Source of the DNA: a virus
Virus record (IMG/VR): IMGVR_UViG_3300045241_000083
Location: 7,000-70,999 of that record
Direction: 5' to 3' (one strand)
DNA: 64,000 nucleotides
Shown: piece by piece, positions 26,198 to 35,786 of the stretch
How the letters are laid out: each line of letters starts with the position of its first letter
How positions within the stretch are numbered: position 1 is the stretch's first letter
Notes under the pieces: generated by a model
What the model was told of the DNA's origin: nothing
Seen by the model: the letters and a program-made list of their open reading frames with translations, nothing else
Database searches by the model: none
Position numbers and translations under genes: made by a program

Positions 26198-27697
26198 CTA
26201 CCGCTGCGGCACCCACTGGCCGTTCTGTAGGAGGAATGTCACCGGACGCCCCTGCGCATCGTAGGCGCGCCGCGTGACTGGCGCGCCTGTCGGTGCCTTT
26301 GGCGGTGCAGCAACTCCCGGAACTGCGGATTTGGCGCTCGACGCAAGAGCGTTGGCCGCTTGATTCGTTGCGGTAGGACTCGGATTGCCGGTAGCCGCTG
26401 AGCCAACCTGCATGTATCCGCCTTTCACAAGCGAGCCGTAGGCATCGTCACGCAGACCCTTCAGCGCGTCCAATGTCCCTTGAGCCTGCACCTTCTGCTG
26501 AGCCAACTGGTCCAGTTTCCTGACGGCGAATGGATTACCTATCGCGGCCATGTTTAGGAGCGCCGAAGGGATCTTCTCGTCAAATCCTGTCAGTTGTGCC
26601 TCCAACGCCGCCGTGTCCCGTTTCAGCCCGTTGTACGTCGCCCTGGCATTGGCTGCCGCTATCCTCCGGTCGCCTTGCGCGAGTTTCGCCCAGTCAATCT
26701 GTGAAAGCAGGGAGACCTTCTGGCTTGCGACCGTTTCCAGCGCGCGCCGATGCGTAATCAGTGACTGCTGCACCTGGCGCTTGAGAGCGTCATCTGCAGG
26801 AAACGCGGCTACCTGATCTTTGAGTAACGCCGAACGCTGGTCGGCAACCTCTTTGTACGCCTGCGCGCGCGTCTGTGCGGCCTGCGCCGTCATCGTCCTC
26901 GCGGCGGTCACCGCCGGTATCGCGCGCGCCTGAGCATCGTGCCACGCCTTGAGTGCGTCATCCTTACCGATCTTCGCCTGCTGTCCAGCCGTCAGTTGCC
27001 CGAAGAAGTCACGAGGCAAGCCAGGAACGTCGGGCGCGTGAGGAACTCCCTCCTGCTGTTGGGCTATCCCCGGCGCAGCTCCAGCGACAGAAGCCGCCGC
27101 GCCGATCGCCGGGGCCATCATGCCCATCATCCCGGCCGCGGGATTGAACGGCGACATCGCCATGCCGCCCATCATTCCCGGCATTCCCTGCTGTGCACCA
27201 AACTGCGCGGATTGAGGAAGCTGTTGCTGCATCGCCCTCTGCGTGTCCATCTGCTTGCCGCGAGCGACCGCCGCGACCTGCTGCTCCACCGGCGTCTCGT
27301 GCATCCAGCGCGCGAGAATTCCGTAGTTCAGGACCTGCTCCGGCGTCGCGCCAACACCCACGAGGCTTGTGACGAGACCCTTCGTGTCGTTGGGCCCCCA
27401 CTGCTTCTTCTCTCCTGTGTTGTCGGCGCGCGCCTGCGCTTCGGCAGTCATGGCCTTCGTGTAGTCCGGTCGCGCCTGTGCCTCCTTAAGCTGCGCGTCA
27501 CGAAGCCCCTGCCCCTGGTTCCATTCCAGCTGCCGCTGTGCGAACTCACGCGCCTGCTGGTCGCGGATGGCGTTCTGGTACGCCGCAGTCTGCGCCTGCT
27601 GCTGCTGAGCTAGGCCGTAGTTCTGCTGCGATTGCTGCTGTTGGTCGAACTGGTTTCGACCCTCGAACAACGCTTGCATGAAGGGAGAGAGACCCAC
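26198..27697 (-). CDS. putative internal virion/DNA ejection protein
   Basis: Gln/Ala/Met/Gly-rich helical protein between nozzle genes and the giant protein. Confidence 0.7.
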   Translation of the reverse strand: MGLSPFMQALFEGRNQFDQQQQSQQNYGLAQQQQAQTAAYQNAIRDQQAREFAQRQLEWNQGQGLRDAQLKEAQARPDYTKAMTAEAQARADNTGEKKQWGPNDTKGLVTSLVGVGATPEQVLNYGILARWMHETPVEQQVAAVARGKQMDTQRAMQQQLPQSAQFGAQQGMPGMMGGMAMSPFNPAAGMMGMMAPAIGAAASVAGAAPGIAQQQEGVPHAPDVPGLPRDFFGQLTAGQQAKIGKDDALKAWHDAQARAIPAVTAARTMTAQAAQTRAQAYKEVADQRSALLKDQVAAFPADDALKRQVQQSLITHRRALETVASQKVSLLSQIDWAKLAQGDRRIAAANARATYNGLKRDTAALEAQLTGFDEKIPSALLNMAAIGNPFAVRKLDQLAQQKVQAQGTLDALKGLRDDAYGSLVKGGYMQVGSAATGNPSPTATNQAANALASSAKSAVPGVAAPPKAPTGAPVTRRAYDAQGRPVTFLLQNGQWVPQR

Positions 27698-27707
27698 AAG
27701 CCTACTC

Positions 27708-28490
27708 CTATCCGAAGATGCCCGGAAGCGCCATCATCTGCTGACCGAACGCGGGATTCATGTATGGCGTTGGTCCCTGGTTGCCCTGCATCCACCATTG
27801 CGTATCCGAGGAAGAAGGCTGAACCGAACCGCCTGCCGGGTAACTGATGCCACCGCCTCCACCACCACCGCCCAACGGGTTCCAACCGAAAGAGCCGCCG
27901 AGCGCGCCGCCCAGGAGCGACTGCCAGAAGCTATCCGTGAGGCCGCTCTGCTGCTGGCTCATCTGGCCGAGTTGCTGATGCAGCCCCGCCTCTTGGTTGC
28001 CCATGTTGGCTTGCAGGTTCCCCTGGTTCTGGTAGAGGCTCGCAAGGAGGTTGTTCATCGCCATCTTCTGCGAGTTTGCTTCCTGGCCCAATCCAGCATA
28101 CGCGTTCGCGTTCTGTCCCTGCCGCGCCATGTTGAGGTATAGGTTCCCAGCCGTCGCCGCGTTGCTGTCGCCCAATCCACGGCCCGACAGGTTCGCCTGA
28201 AGGTGCTGCTGCTGCTGGCGGGCGGCGTCGGCGTTCAGTCCCGACATGTTGTTGTACATCGTGCCGTAGGTGCCCGCCAGATTACCGTTCGGATCGAAGA
28301 TCGATGCGTTCGCGTAGGGGCTGATCTGGTTGATCGCGTTTCCGTAGCTGCCCATCGCTTGCTGATACGCGGCTTTCTGTGCGGCGAGCGCCTGGTCGCC
28401 TTGACCCGCGTCGGGGTATGGTCCCCCTGGGAATAATTTCGCGTGAAAAACGCTGGTGATGGGATTGAACACGTCCCCGAAAAAGCCCAT
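27708..28490 (-). CDS. putative internal virion/pilot protein
   Basis: MGFFGDVF..., Q/N/G-rich, xxRGLGDS motif typical of podovirus ejection proteins. Confidence 0.7.
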   Translation of the reverse strand: MGFFGDVFNPITSVFHAKLFPGGPYPDAGQGDQALAAQKAAYQQAMGSYGNAINQISPYANASIFDPNGNLAGTYGTMYNNMSGLNADAARQQQQHLQANLSGRGLGDSNAATAGNLYLNMARQGQNANAYAGLGQEANSQKMAMNNLLASLYQNQGNLQANMGNQEAGLHQQLGQMSQQQSGLTDSFWQSLLGGALGGSFGWNPLGGGGGGGGISYPAGGSVQPSSSDTQWWMQGNQGPTPYMNPAFGQQMMALPGIFG

Positions 28491-28504
28491 ATCGCGCTCC
28501 CAAT

Positions 28505-28610
28505 GAAAACACCCGCCGTTCTCCTGTGGATTACCACGAGAGAGAAGGGCGGGTGTCGCAAGCGATTCTGCGTGCCCGGTCTATTCGGTTGAGATCACGG
28601 ACAGTCTACG
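28505..28610 (-). promoter_or_regulatory. late-block leader element 2
   Basis: Minus strand: TAGACT-AACCGAATA-GGGCACGC..GCGACACCCGCC...GGCGGGTGTTTT, then SD and ATG. Confidence 0.6.
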
Positions 28611-28642
28611 CTTTTTGAGGCCGTTCGTCAACCTTCGCCCGG

Positions 28643-29605
28643 TTACTCGACGTACGCGACGGCAATGGTCGCGCCGGCTCCGCCACCGCTTCCCAGCTTT
28701 CCACCGCCAAAGATGAAGTAGTAGGGGCCGATCGTATATGTGTCCGTCGGATGGAGTAGTGGGATATTCGCATAGAACACGTTGAACGACTTGTCCGAGC
28801 TTACCACCGGACTTCCCACGGTGGAGAAAGAACCCCCGTTGTCCTGATAGTAGTTTGCTGTGAGCGTAGGATCGGCGTTTGGGTCATTAAGCGCAGCGTT
28901 CCCTCGAAAGTTAATGCGTGTCCCTGTCTGACCGCTTCCAACAGCCCATTGACGCTGCAAATCGTTGAGAGCAGTTACTCCACCACCCATAAAACTATTG
29001 AGTGCCAGACCGGACGGCATCACGTCGTTGTAACTGGCATGGAACCCCAAGTTGTTCCCACCGACACTTGCCAGGAACGCAGGGCCTCCCTGATTCTGCC
29101 GTGGCGTGAACGTACGGAAGTAGAGGAAGTTGCCAATGTCTACAGACCCAACGTTGTGAAGCGTGACGGTGTGCTTGATAGCATGAACGTCGAAGTCGGT
29201 TAGAGCACCCACTCCAAGTAGTGTGTAGATGTGACGTATCTCTAAGTAGTTCGGCCCTCCAAGAGTCTCGTTCGCTCCAAACGTCAATGTCTGGTTTGTG
29301 TTCGAATAAGCAGGTGTCGTGAGAGTACCAGTGCCCGTATCCGGCAATCCATCCGTGACGACAATATCCTGCGGGGTGCCCGCAGGATCGTACGTGTAGT
29401 TGAGATACCAGTAATCGTTGCCGGAGTCTGGGTCCAACGGAAATATGAATATCTCATCCCAGATGTTCGTGAACTCGTCTGTAGACCCCGGAACGAATCG
29501 CAGTCCAGGCTGCGTGCGGTCACTGGAATTAAGACCTCCCCATTCGCCAGTATCATACTCAGCGTATATATAGTTGTTCTGTAGTGTATAAGGTGGGGGA
29601 GGCAT
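28643..29605 (-). CDS. putative virion protein
   Basis: Beta-rich, N/T/G/Y-rich ORF in the tail module; lower GC than neighbours. Confidence 0.6.
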   Translation of the reverse strand: MPPPPYTLQNNYIYAEYDTGEWGGLNSSDRTQPGLRFVPGSTDEFTNIWDEIFIFPLDPDSGNDYWYLNYTYDPAGTPQDIVVTDGLPDTGTGTLTTPAYSNTNQTLTFGANETLGGPNYLEIRHIYTLLGVGALTDFDVHAIKHTVTLHNVGSVDIGNFLYFRTFTPRQNQGGPAFLASVGGNNLGFHASYNDVMPSGLALNSFMGGGVTALNDLQRQWAVGSGQTGTRINFRGNAALNDPNADPTLTANYYQDNGGSFSTVGSPVVSSDKSFNVFYANIPLLHPTDTYTIGPYYFIFGGGKLGSGGGAGATIAVAYVE

Positions 29606-29612
29606 CGCTCAC

Positions 29613-30200
29613 CTAGTCAGTGGGAAACGAGTAACCCAACACCATGCAGAGGCGCGTGATCGTCGTTGCACTGTCCACATGGAACCGGATACAGTCGCCT
29701 TGCAGGACGGATAGCGTGGACCATCCAGCCAGAACTGTGTCCTGTGACTTGGCGGCGCTACTCAGTGTGGGCTTGTTGCTCCCGCAGATGCTATTCGCGG
29801 AAGTAGCCGGGTAGGTGGCGTACGGAACCTTCCAGATGTCCACAACGGCGCTGCCTGACTGGTCCGCGAGCATCGTAACGGACTCGATGTCGGCTGCGAA
29901 GCTCATGTAGAGATCGGCTATCGCACCAGCAACTATCGCGCTGCCATCCGCGGTGAAGACCTGTAGGACGATCTCTCCACCACCTGCGACTATGTTGATC
30001 TGCGCCGATTCGGTTGCAGGGTCGTCGGTGACGGTCGCGCCGCCAGTGAAGTTGAGAATCTTACCGCGGCGGGACTTTAGAACACCATTCTGACGAACAA
30101 GTATCTGTGGCGCGAGGTACGCAAGGCCAGCGCCTCCCACCTGCTCCGGCGAAGGACCGCCCGGTCCTACGTCCGTCAATACGATGGTTTCGCTCGCCAA
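29613..30200 (-). CDS. putative tail fibre-associated protein
   Basis: LNFTG..VT connector, then ADQSGSAVVDIWK...PT.ANSI...KPTLS...GD..RF.VDS. Confidence 0.65.
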   Translation of the reverse strand: MASETIVLTDVGPGGPSPEQVGGAGLAYLAPQILVRQNGVLKSRRGKILNFTGGATVTDDPATESAQINIVAGGGEIVLQVFTADGSAIVAGAIADLYMSFAADIESVTMLADQSGSAVVDIWKVPYATYPATSANSICGSNKPTLSSAAKSQDTVLAGWSTLSVLQGDCIRFHVDSATTITRLCMVLGYSFPTD

Positions 30201-30204
30201 TCAC

Positions 30205-30426
30205 TTATCCGTTCACCTTGCGGCCAACGTGCTTCGTGCGTATATGCTGGTGGAAGTACGATCCGATGCTCGGCGCGCCTTTCATGGCGAAGTGCTTCTC
30301 GGAGGGCACATCCTCGTAGTCCCACACGTCGCCGCTATTGAACCGGACCCGGAGCACGTTCTTATCCGGGTCGTGCGCTATCGCCGAGATGTTACTGCTC
30401 TTGACTGAGTGCATCTCCATCGTCAT
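30205..30426 (-). CDS. KTSC domain protein
   Basis: VKSSNISAIAHD.....LRVRF.SG.VWDY.DVP......M..APSIGSYF...IR. Confidence 0.88.
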   Translation of the reverse strand: MTMEMHSVKSSNISAIAHDPDKNVLRVRFNSGDVWDYEDVPSEKHFAMKGAPSIGSYFHQHIRTKHVGRKVNG

Positions 30427-30432
30427 CCTCCT

Positions 30433-31131
30433 TCACTTCACATTCCCGATCCATGATGCAGTCCCGACGTGCTTGACCGGAATGGCGGTCGTCGCACCGT
30501 AGCGGACACCATGCTCGTGGAGCCAATGGCTGAACATCCAGTCCTCTGGAATGACGCCCGCCTGATACTTCCCGTCATCGTCAAAATAGATCGCGTCCTG
30601 AATCGTGAAGCCAGGAAACTCGTCCACCCAGGGCGCGGTGAGCCTTACCGCCATCAGCCCGGTGTTCGTCAACAGTATCTCGCCGTCACGCTCGAAGAAC
30701 CACTGAGCGTTGAAGGTGCGCGGGAACTCCTCGATCTCGCTCTGCCTGAGTCTCCGCCGCGTCATGCCCTTCTCAGCCGCCGTAGAGGTTTCGTCGCTCC
30801 CGTCCTGCGTCTTGATTGGGACAACTGCCGAGAGCACGTCCAACCGATGATCGTCCATGATCTTGAGGAGCTTCGGCAGCCAATCGGGCAGGAGCGGCGC
30901 AACGTCGGCATGAAGCATCACGAAGCGGTCAACGTGCTCGGTCTGCCGCCGGTTCAGCGCGTCTACCCAGAAGGTATTGAAACCGTGGCACAGGAGGCTG
31001 TGGGCGCTCGTCATGTCCATCAGGTCGCGCTTGCCACGGTTCAGGTGGGCCGCGACTATGGCGCAGTGCGTCTCCATGTCGAGCTTGCGGTCGAATGTCG
31101 GAGTGCAGAGGTATGTCTTACCGGTCGGCAT
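30433..31131 (-). CDS. GT-A fold glycosyltransferase-like protein
   Basis: LCTPTF, FVMLHADV (DxD-like), NTGLMAV, EDWMFS, VKHVG. Confidence 0.72.
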   Translation of the reverse strand: MPTGKTYLCTPTFDRKLDMETHCAIVAAHLNRGKRDLMDMTSAHSLLCHGFNTFWVDALNRRQTEHVDRFVMLHADVAPLLPDWLPKLLKIMDDHRLDVLSAVVPIKTQDGSDETSTAAEKGMTRRRLRQSEIEEFPRTFNAQWFFERDGEILLTNTGLMAVRLTAPWVDEFPGFTIQDAIYFDDDGKYQAGVIPEDWMFSHWLHEHGVRYGATTAIPVKHVGTASWIGNVK

Positions 31132-31137
31132 GGCTAC

Positions 31138-33141
31138 TTAGCTCAGTCCCAGATACTCCAGCGTCATGTTCGAGATCGTCACGTCGGGCGCGGTGAACTG
31201 CATGTCGGGCCACAACAATCGCCCCTGGCACGCCCCTGTAAACCCCTGCTGGAACAGGATTCCCACCGGATAGATCGCCGACCCTTGCGCGTACACGTAG
31301 ATCGGATACGGTCCCTCCGAGTACCCCGCGTCTGTCATCATCGTCACGGTCCCGATCTTCTGCGGCTTGCCTGACAGCGCGGCTTCAGCCTGAGCGTACG
31401 GCGCGGAGCCGGTCACCTGCAGCAGCACGGCCTGCTTTCGCCGCGACCTCATCGCTTCCTGCCCGCTTGCACCCCCTCCATCGAATGGCCGCGCTACCAG
31501 CCTCGATGATACCACGGCTGGATAGTCGCTGTCGCCCGCCTTGTCCGTGGCGCAGAAGTACGCAAGCTGCCTACCGTACGCGCCCCACGTGCCGACCGAT
31601 AGGAAGACCGTCTCCGGGAACAGCGAGTTCTCCACATACGCCGCCGCCCGCACCAATCCCCATCCGGTGTCAGACCAGCCCTCGGTCGTCGTGTCGTAGC
31701 GCCAGGTCTTCGAGGCGATCGAGAGGTAGTAGCGGTTCGAGTGATACCACGCCTGCACCTTCCCGGAAGCCTTTCCCGCGACTTCGACGGATACAGCCGC
31801 GCCGGGGTCAGGAACCGCGTTGTTCTGATAGGCAAACCCTCGGAAGTAATCCTCCATCGGCAGCGAATCCTTCTGAATCTGCAGGATGCCGTATCCGGTC
31901 GCCATCGCTCCGAACGACCACACTCCGTCTTCTAGCAGGATGAAGACGCGCTCGTTCAACCTGACGATACTGTCGGCATTCACACACCCTCGCTCGTGAA
32001 CCGGACGCACGGCGAAGCTCGTGATGTCGTCGCCCCATACGGCGCTCACCGTCCGCAGTTTGAACACGAGCATCACAGACCCAAACGAGTGCATTCCGAC
32101 GATCTGATCCCCGAACGACGAGGCGACGCGCGTGCGGATGCCGTCCGCCACATTCGTAGGCAATGGCAGAGAACTGAACCGCGTCGGTGATCCTGCGTTG
32201 CTGATCTGCAGGAAGTCCTGATTCGTCGCGTCGTTTAGGACTAGCCGGTCCTTCCACACGCATAGCGCCGAGAAGTTGTTGGGCGGATCATTCTCGCCTG
32301 CCGTGCTCGACGGAGCGTGCCCGTCTACGATTGCGTCCGTGTTGCCGTCCACATAGGTGGTCGTACCGACAGGTACGTAAGCCACAAGGTTGTAGACGCT
32401 CGATCCAGGGTTCCTGCGGTAGATGCCCCATTGCGTCCTGCCGGTTGTCCCACCGGTGGTTCCAGACGGAATTGTGATCGTAAGCGCCTGGTTTCCCGCC
32501 GTAATTACAGGAGACGTTACGCTTGGCCCGACGCTCGATTCCCTGCCGCGCTCGTCTACCCACACTGGCACGTAGTCGTAGGTCGCGCCCACTGTGAGGC
32601 CGGGTGGACCAAATCCGCCTACGAGTGTCGGTGTGGAGAACGCGCCTGGAGCAACTAGTCCGAGCTGATAGAAGTGGAACCCCCCGCTGTCGATGTAGAT
32701 GCGGTATCCAGACCCACCGGACGATGGTACAACGATCAGTTCGTCCTTGTACTGGATCGCCCGAATCCCGGCGGTCGCAGTCGGGCCACTGGCTGTGGCA
32801 AGGGTGGGCGTGATGAAGTTGATTCGGCCCCTTGTCACTGCGCCGGTGTTGTAGATTTGGTAGGTCGATCCGGATAAGGCGATCTTGTAGATGTTTGTGC
32901 CGCTGAATAGGAGGAGCGCACTGTAGACGCTGGCCGGGTCGTTGTACGGCACGAGGGCGTCGATGTCGTACGTAAGCGGAATACCCCAGGACTTGAGCTG
33001 GTAGCCGAGGCGCAGAAGACCGGCGCGGGCGGAAGTGAAGTTTACGAGGTTCTGGCAGAGTTGCTCAGGCAGTTTGGCGGGGTCGGCATAGGAATCCATA
33101 CCGAGGGGTGGCGGAAGGGTTTGCTTTTCGCGGGTTGACAC
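31138..33141 (-). CDS. tail nozzle / DNA stabilisation protein (P22 gp10 / T7 gp12-like)
   Basis: GMDS...P..L....CQNLVNF start; WKDRL, GDQIVGM, VFK, GCVNADSI propeller blades; follows the adaptor gene. Confidence 0.72.
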   Translation of the reverse strand: MSTREKQTLPPPLGMDSYADPAKLPEQLCQNLVNFTSARAGLLRLGYQLKSWGIPLTYDIDALVPYNDPASVYSALLLFSGTNIYKIALSGSTYQIYNTGAVTRGRINFITPTLATASGPTATAGIRAIQYKDELIVVPSSGGSGYRIYIDSGGFHFYQLGLVAPGAFSTPTLVGGFGPPGLTVGATYDYVPVWVDERGRESSVGPSVTSPVITAGNQALTITIPSGTTGGTTGRTQWGIYRRNPGSSVYNLVAYVPVGTTTYVDGNTDAIVDGHAPSSTAGENDPPNNFSALCVWKDRLVLNDATNQDFLQISNAGSPTRFSSLPLPTNVADGIRTRVASSFGDQIVGMHSFGSVMLVFKLRTVSAVWGDDITSFAVRPVHERGCVNADSIVRLNERVFILLEDGVWSFGAMATGYGILQIQKDSLPMEDYFRGFAYQNNAVPDPGAAVSVEVAGKASGKVQAWYHSNRYYLSIASKTWRYDTTTEGWSDTGWGLVRAAAYVENSLFPETVFLSVGTWGAYGRQLAYFCATDKAGDSDYPAVVSSRLVARPFDGGGASGQEAMRSRRKQAVLLQVTGSAPYAQAEAALSGKPQKIGTVTMMTDAGYSEGPYPIYVYAQGSAIYPVGILFQQGFTGACQGRLLWPDMQFTAPDVTISNMTLEYLGLS

Positions 33142-33158
33142 ATGATCTTCCTATACCG

Positions 33159-33557
33159 TCAATCGAACCAGACTTGGATGTTCGCCAGTAGGCTCCCTCC
33201 GTTGTTGATGAGCAGGGAGGCCGGTGTCGAAACGGTGGGCACGCTCGCGTGGAAGAATCCTACCGGGTTCAGCGACCATCCAACCGTCTGCCCCGTGTGC
33301 CGCACTGTGATAGCGTTCGTGTTGCCAGCGGGCAGATAGATCGTCACCATGCTCGTGTTCGGCGGAATGGCGATGGTCGTGTCGCTGCTAGCTGCGAGGG
33401 TCACAGTTTGGCGGATGTTCGGGCTGTTCTGGTTGACGAACAGGTCCGACTGCTGCGCCTCGTTCGCCGCTACGGGAGCCGCCGAGAAGTCCTGCCGGGT
33501 GATCTGGTGCGTCACCGTCGCCACGCCTACCGCCGCGCCGTTCAGATAGGTGCTCAT
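33159..33557 (-). CDS. hypothetical virion protein
   Basis: ORF in the head-tail module. Confidence 0.6.
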   Translation of the reverse strand: MSTYLNGAAVGVATVTHQITRQDFSAAPVAANEAQQSDLFVNQNSPNIRQTVTLAASSDTTIAIPPNTSMVTIYLPAGNTNAITVRHTGQTVGWSLNPVGFFHASVPTVSTPASLLINNGGSLLANIQVWFD

Positions 33558-33560
33558 TGA

Positions 33561-34379
33561 CTAACGCCTCGCACGGTTGATTCGGCCCAAATCTACAGTC
33601 ACGGTAGGCTCGTACGCCTGATTCATCTCATTCATGGTCGTCGCGATGATCTTCACTGCGTTCTCGGCTTTCGGCGCGTAGTATTCGACGTACCCCTTGA
33701 GAACCGGGTCGTTCATCTGTGTCGCCGCTACAAGCTCCGTCGCTTTGTAAAGGAACTGCGGATATAGGTCGTATGGCAGTTGCTGCAGCGTATCGTTGTC
33801 GTGCTGCGGCGGGATAAGCCCCATGACCGCCGTCAGTGACACTAGGCCGGCACTCGATGCCGCAGGAATCAGCCACAGCTCGTACGCCTCGACCGCTAGA
33901 TAGATCGGGGGCGTGCTCGGTGTCGCCCCACGCCAGTCGTATCCGTTCCGGTCCAACTCCTGCAGGCTCGTCATCTTTAGCGGGTCGAACGATGTATTCC
34001 CGCTGGTCTGCCAGCGCGCCGACATTACGCGGTCGATCTGGCTGTTACTCGTGTTGAACCCGCTGTCGAGTTGAACGAACTGCGGGCCATTGGAGGCGGT
34101 TGTCGCCGGCACGTTAGCCGTGAGCGGCTTGTTCGCTCCGAAGTCCAACGTGCGCAGGTTAATCTCGGCGACCGCCTCGTCGATCTTCTGCTGCATCAGG
34201 TACGGCGTGAGCCACGAAACGGTTGACGGAGCCTTCCCACGCGCTCCCATGAGAGCCTGCGGGTCTATCGGTGTCCCGGAGAGTGCGGCCCCCTGCTGCA
34301 ATAGATCTGTTGCAGTCGGATACCCCAGGTTGCGAATTATCGACTCCTGCAAACCTAACCGGGTCTGATCGAGAGGCAT
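33561..34379 (-). CDS. head-tail adaptor (tail tubular protein A-like)
   Basis: IDEAVAEI...ELDR....WR...STP.......LWLIPA...LP......LYKA pattern; position. Confidence 0.65.
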   Translation of the reverse strand: MPLDQTRLGLQESIIRNLGYPTATDLLQQGAALSGTPIDPQALMGARGKAPSTVSWLTPYLMQQKIDEAVAEINLRTLDFGANKPLTANVPATTASNGPQFVQLDSGFNTSNSQIDRVMSARWQTSGNTSFDPLKMTSLQELDRNGYDWRGATPSTPPIYLAVEAYELWLIPAASSAGLVSLTAVMGLIPPQHDNDTLQQLPYDLYPQFLYKATELVAATQMNDPVLKGYVEYYAPKAENAVKIIATTMNEMNQAYEPTVTVDLGRINRARR

Positions 34380-34382
34380 CCG

Positions 34383-34631
34383 TTACCCCCTGCTAGAGAA
34401 GTCGTCGCGCGGCGTGCGCTCGATCACCTCGCCCACCTGAAACGCTTTGTCCATATCGACGCCAATACCGTCGGCAAGAGTGCGTTCGCCGTAATCGTTC
34501 AACATGGTCAGCGCGCCATACTCCGGGAACCCGGTCACCTCGTCCTGCACCTTCGGGCCGACGTAGAAACGGGCAGGCATGAGATTGGACCGATAGGGAA
34601 ATCGGGTGGTATAGTGACTGCCGCGCGCCAT
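34383..34631 (-). CDS. hypothetical protein
   Basis: GGAG SD; packed operon. Confidence 0.55.
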   Translation of the reverse strand: MARGSHYTTRFPYRSNLMPARFYVGPKVQDEVTGFPEYGALTMLNDYGERTLADGIGVDMDKAFQVGEVIERTPRDDFSSRG

Positions 34632-34632
34632 C

Positions 34633-35112
34633 TTACGCTCCCAACGCCCTACGCTTCACGAAGAACGGCTCGGCCCGCGCCTTCAGCGCCCGCGCCTCGA
34701 AGATGCTGGCTACGGGGATGGACGGCCCCATCTGCTTCGAGTTGCCGTGATCCACGAGGTTCGCCCATGCCGTTCCGTTACCGGCCATGCCTATCCTGAT
34801 CTCGTGATAGTCGGTCACGTCGATAGGATCGTTGGTCGCGGGATGGAAGACGAACTCCCGCCCGTAGATGACGGTGGTCCCCTTCTCGTTATCAGGCTTC
34901 ATCTCCGACCTGATGCCCCCAAGAACTGCCGGCATGGCCGTAGGATCGGCCTCCTGCTCTTTGAGGGCCTTGTCGGTCGTCTCGGCGTCGGCGACAGGCA
35001 AAGCCACTGCATCGAGGCCCTGCGCTGTCGCGTCCGCCGAATCCAGTTCCGTGCCCGCCGCCTTCACCTTCTCGTCAGGCGGTCTGTGAGTATGACCTGG
35101 TTTATGTAGCAT
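34633..35112 (-). CDS. hypothetical protein
   Basis: Start reassigned to ATG 35112 to avoid overlap with the upstream gene. Confidence 0.55.
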   Translation of the reverse strand: MLHKPGHTHRPPDEKVKAAGTELDSADATAQGLDAVALPVADAETTDKALKEQEADPTAMPAVLGGIRSEMKPDNEKGTTVIYGREFVFHPATNDPIDVTDYHEIRIGMAGNGTAWANLVDHGNSKQMGPSIPVASIFEARALKARAEPFFVKRRALGA

Positions 35113-35117
35113 GGTCC

Positions 35118-35771
35118 CTACCTTATGCTGGTGAAGTGGTCGAATGGTACGAGCACGACCTGTACGACGAGCGAGGTGATCGAACTGTTCGAGCTGCCAG
35201 TCACCACACGTATGCTGAATATCTGGCCTTCCTTCATAACCACCGGGATACTGCGGGTGCCGGCTGTATAGTTCGCGGCGTACCATGCGCCCGTCGCGAT
35301 CTCCGTGTCGTTGAACAGCGGCTCGAAGATGCGTGAGAGCTTGGCCGCTCCAGTAATCGGAAAGCGTGCGGATCCGCCCTGCGACCCCGTAGCAGCAAGC
35401 GTGAACGGCGAGATGAGGTAGCTGTTCGCCGCTGCCGAACCCGCGGCGTCGGTATCGAACACGTCCACGGTGGGAGCTGTGCCGCTGATGACCGCCGCCT
35501 GGCAGTTGAACACTATGTTGTACAGGTAGGCGTACGGGAACGGATTGACGATGCTGCCGCCTACGATGAGGCTGGTGGCGGCTTGCGACGTGGAGATGTT
35601 GCCAACATCGAGAACCAGTGAAACGGGCGATCCCCACGCTCGCGTGTGATGGGTGTCCGGTGAGGACTGGACGCGGTAGTCGCTTGTAACGGCTATCGTG
35701 CCCAGCCCATCGGACGCGGTATTGCCTAGCCCCGGCCCTGTTGCGTTAAAGCCGGCTGCGACTGTACTCAT
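35118..35771 (-). CDS. putative capsid accessory/decoration protein
   Basis: AGGAGG SD; directly after the major capsid gene; beta-rich. Confidence 0.6.
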   Translation of the reverse strand: MSTVAAGFNATGPGLGNTASDGLGTIAVTSDYRVQSSPDTHHTRAWGSPVSLVLDVGNISTSQAATSLIVGGSIVNPFPYAYLYNIVFNCQAAVISGTAPTVDVFDTDAAGSAAANSYLISPFTLAATGSQGGSARFPITGAAKLSRIFEPLFNDTEIATGAWYAANYTAGTRSIPVVMKEGQIFSIRVVTGSSNSSITSLVVQVVLVPFDHFTSIR

Positions 35772-35786
35772 AGTTTCCGGCCTCCT

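Noticed and set aside
26062-26277. Short ORFs overlapping the arrays (26062-26277, 24881-25090, 25249-25431)
   Set aside because: No SD or recognisable protein; the 5-nt periodicity argues against coding.
34633-35637. 334-aa ORF as called by the track
   Set aside because: The N-terminal half overlaps 35118-35771 in another frame; the start was moved to 35112.
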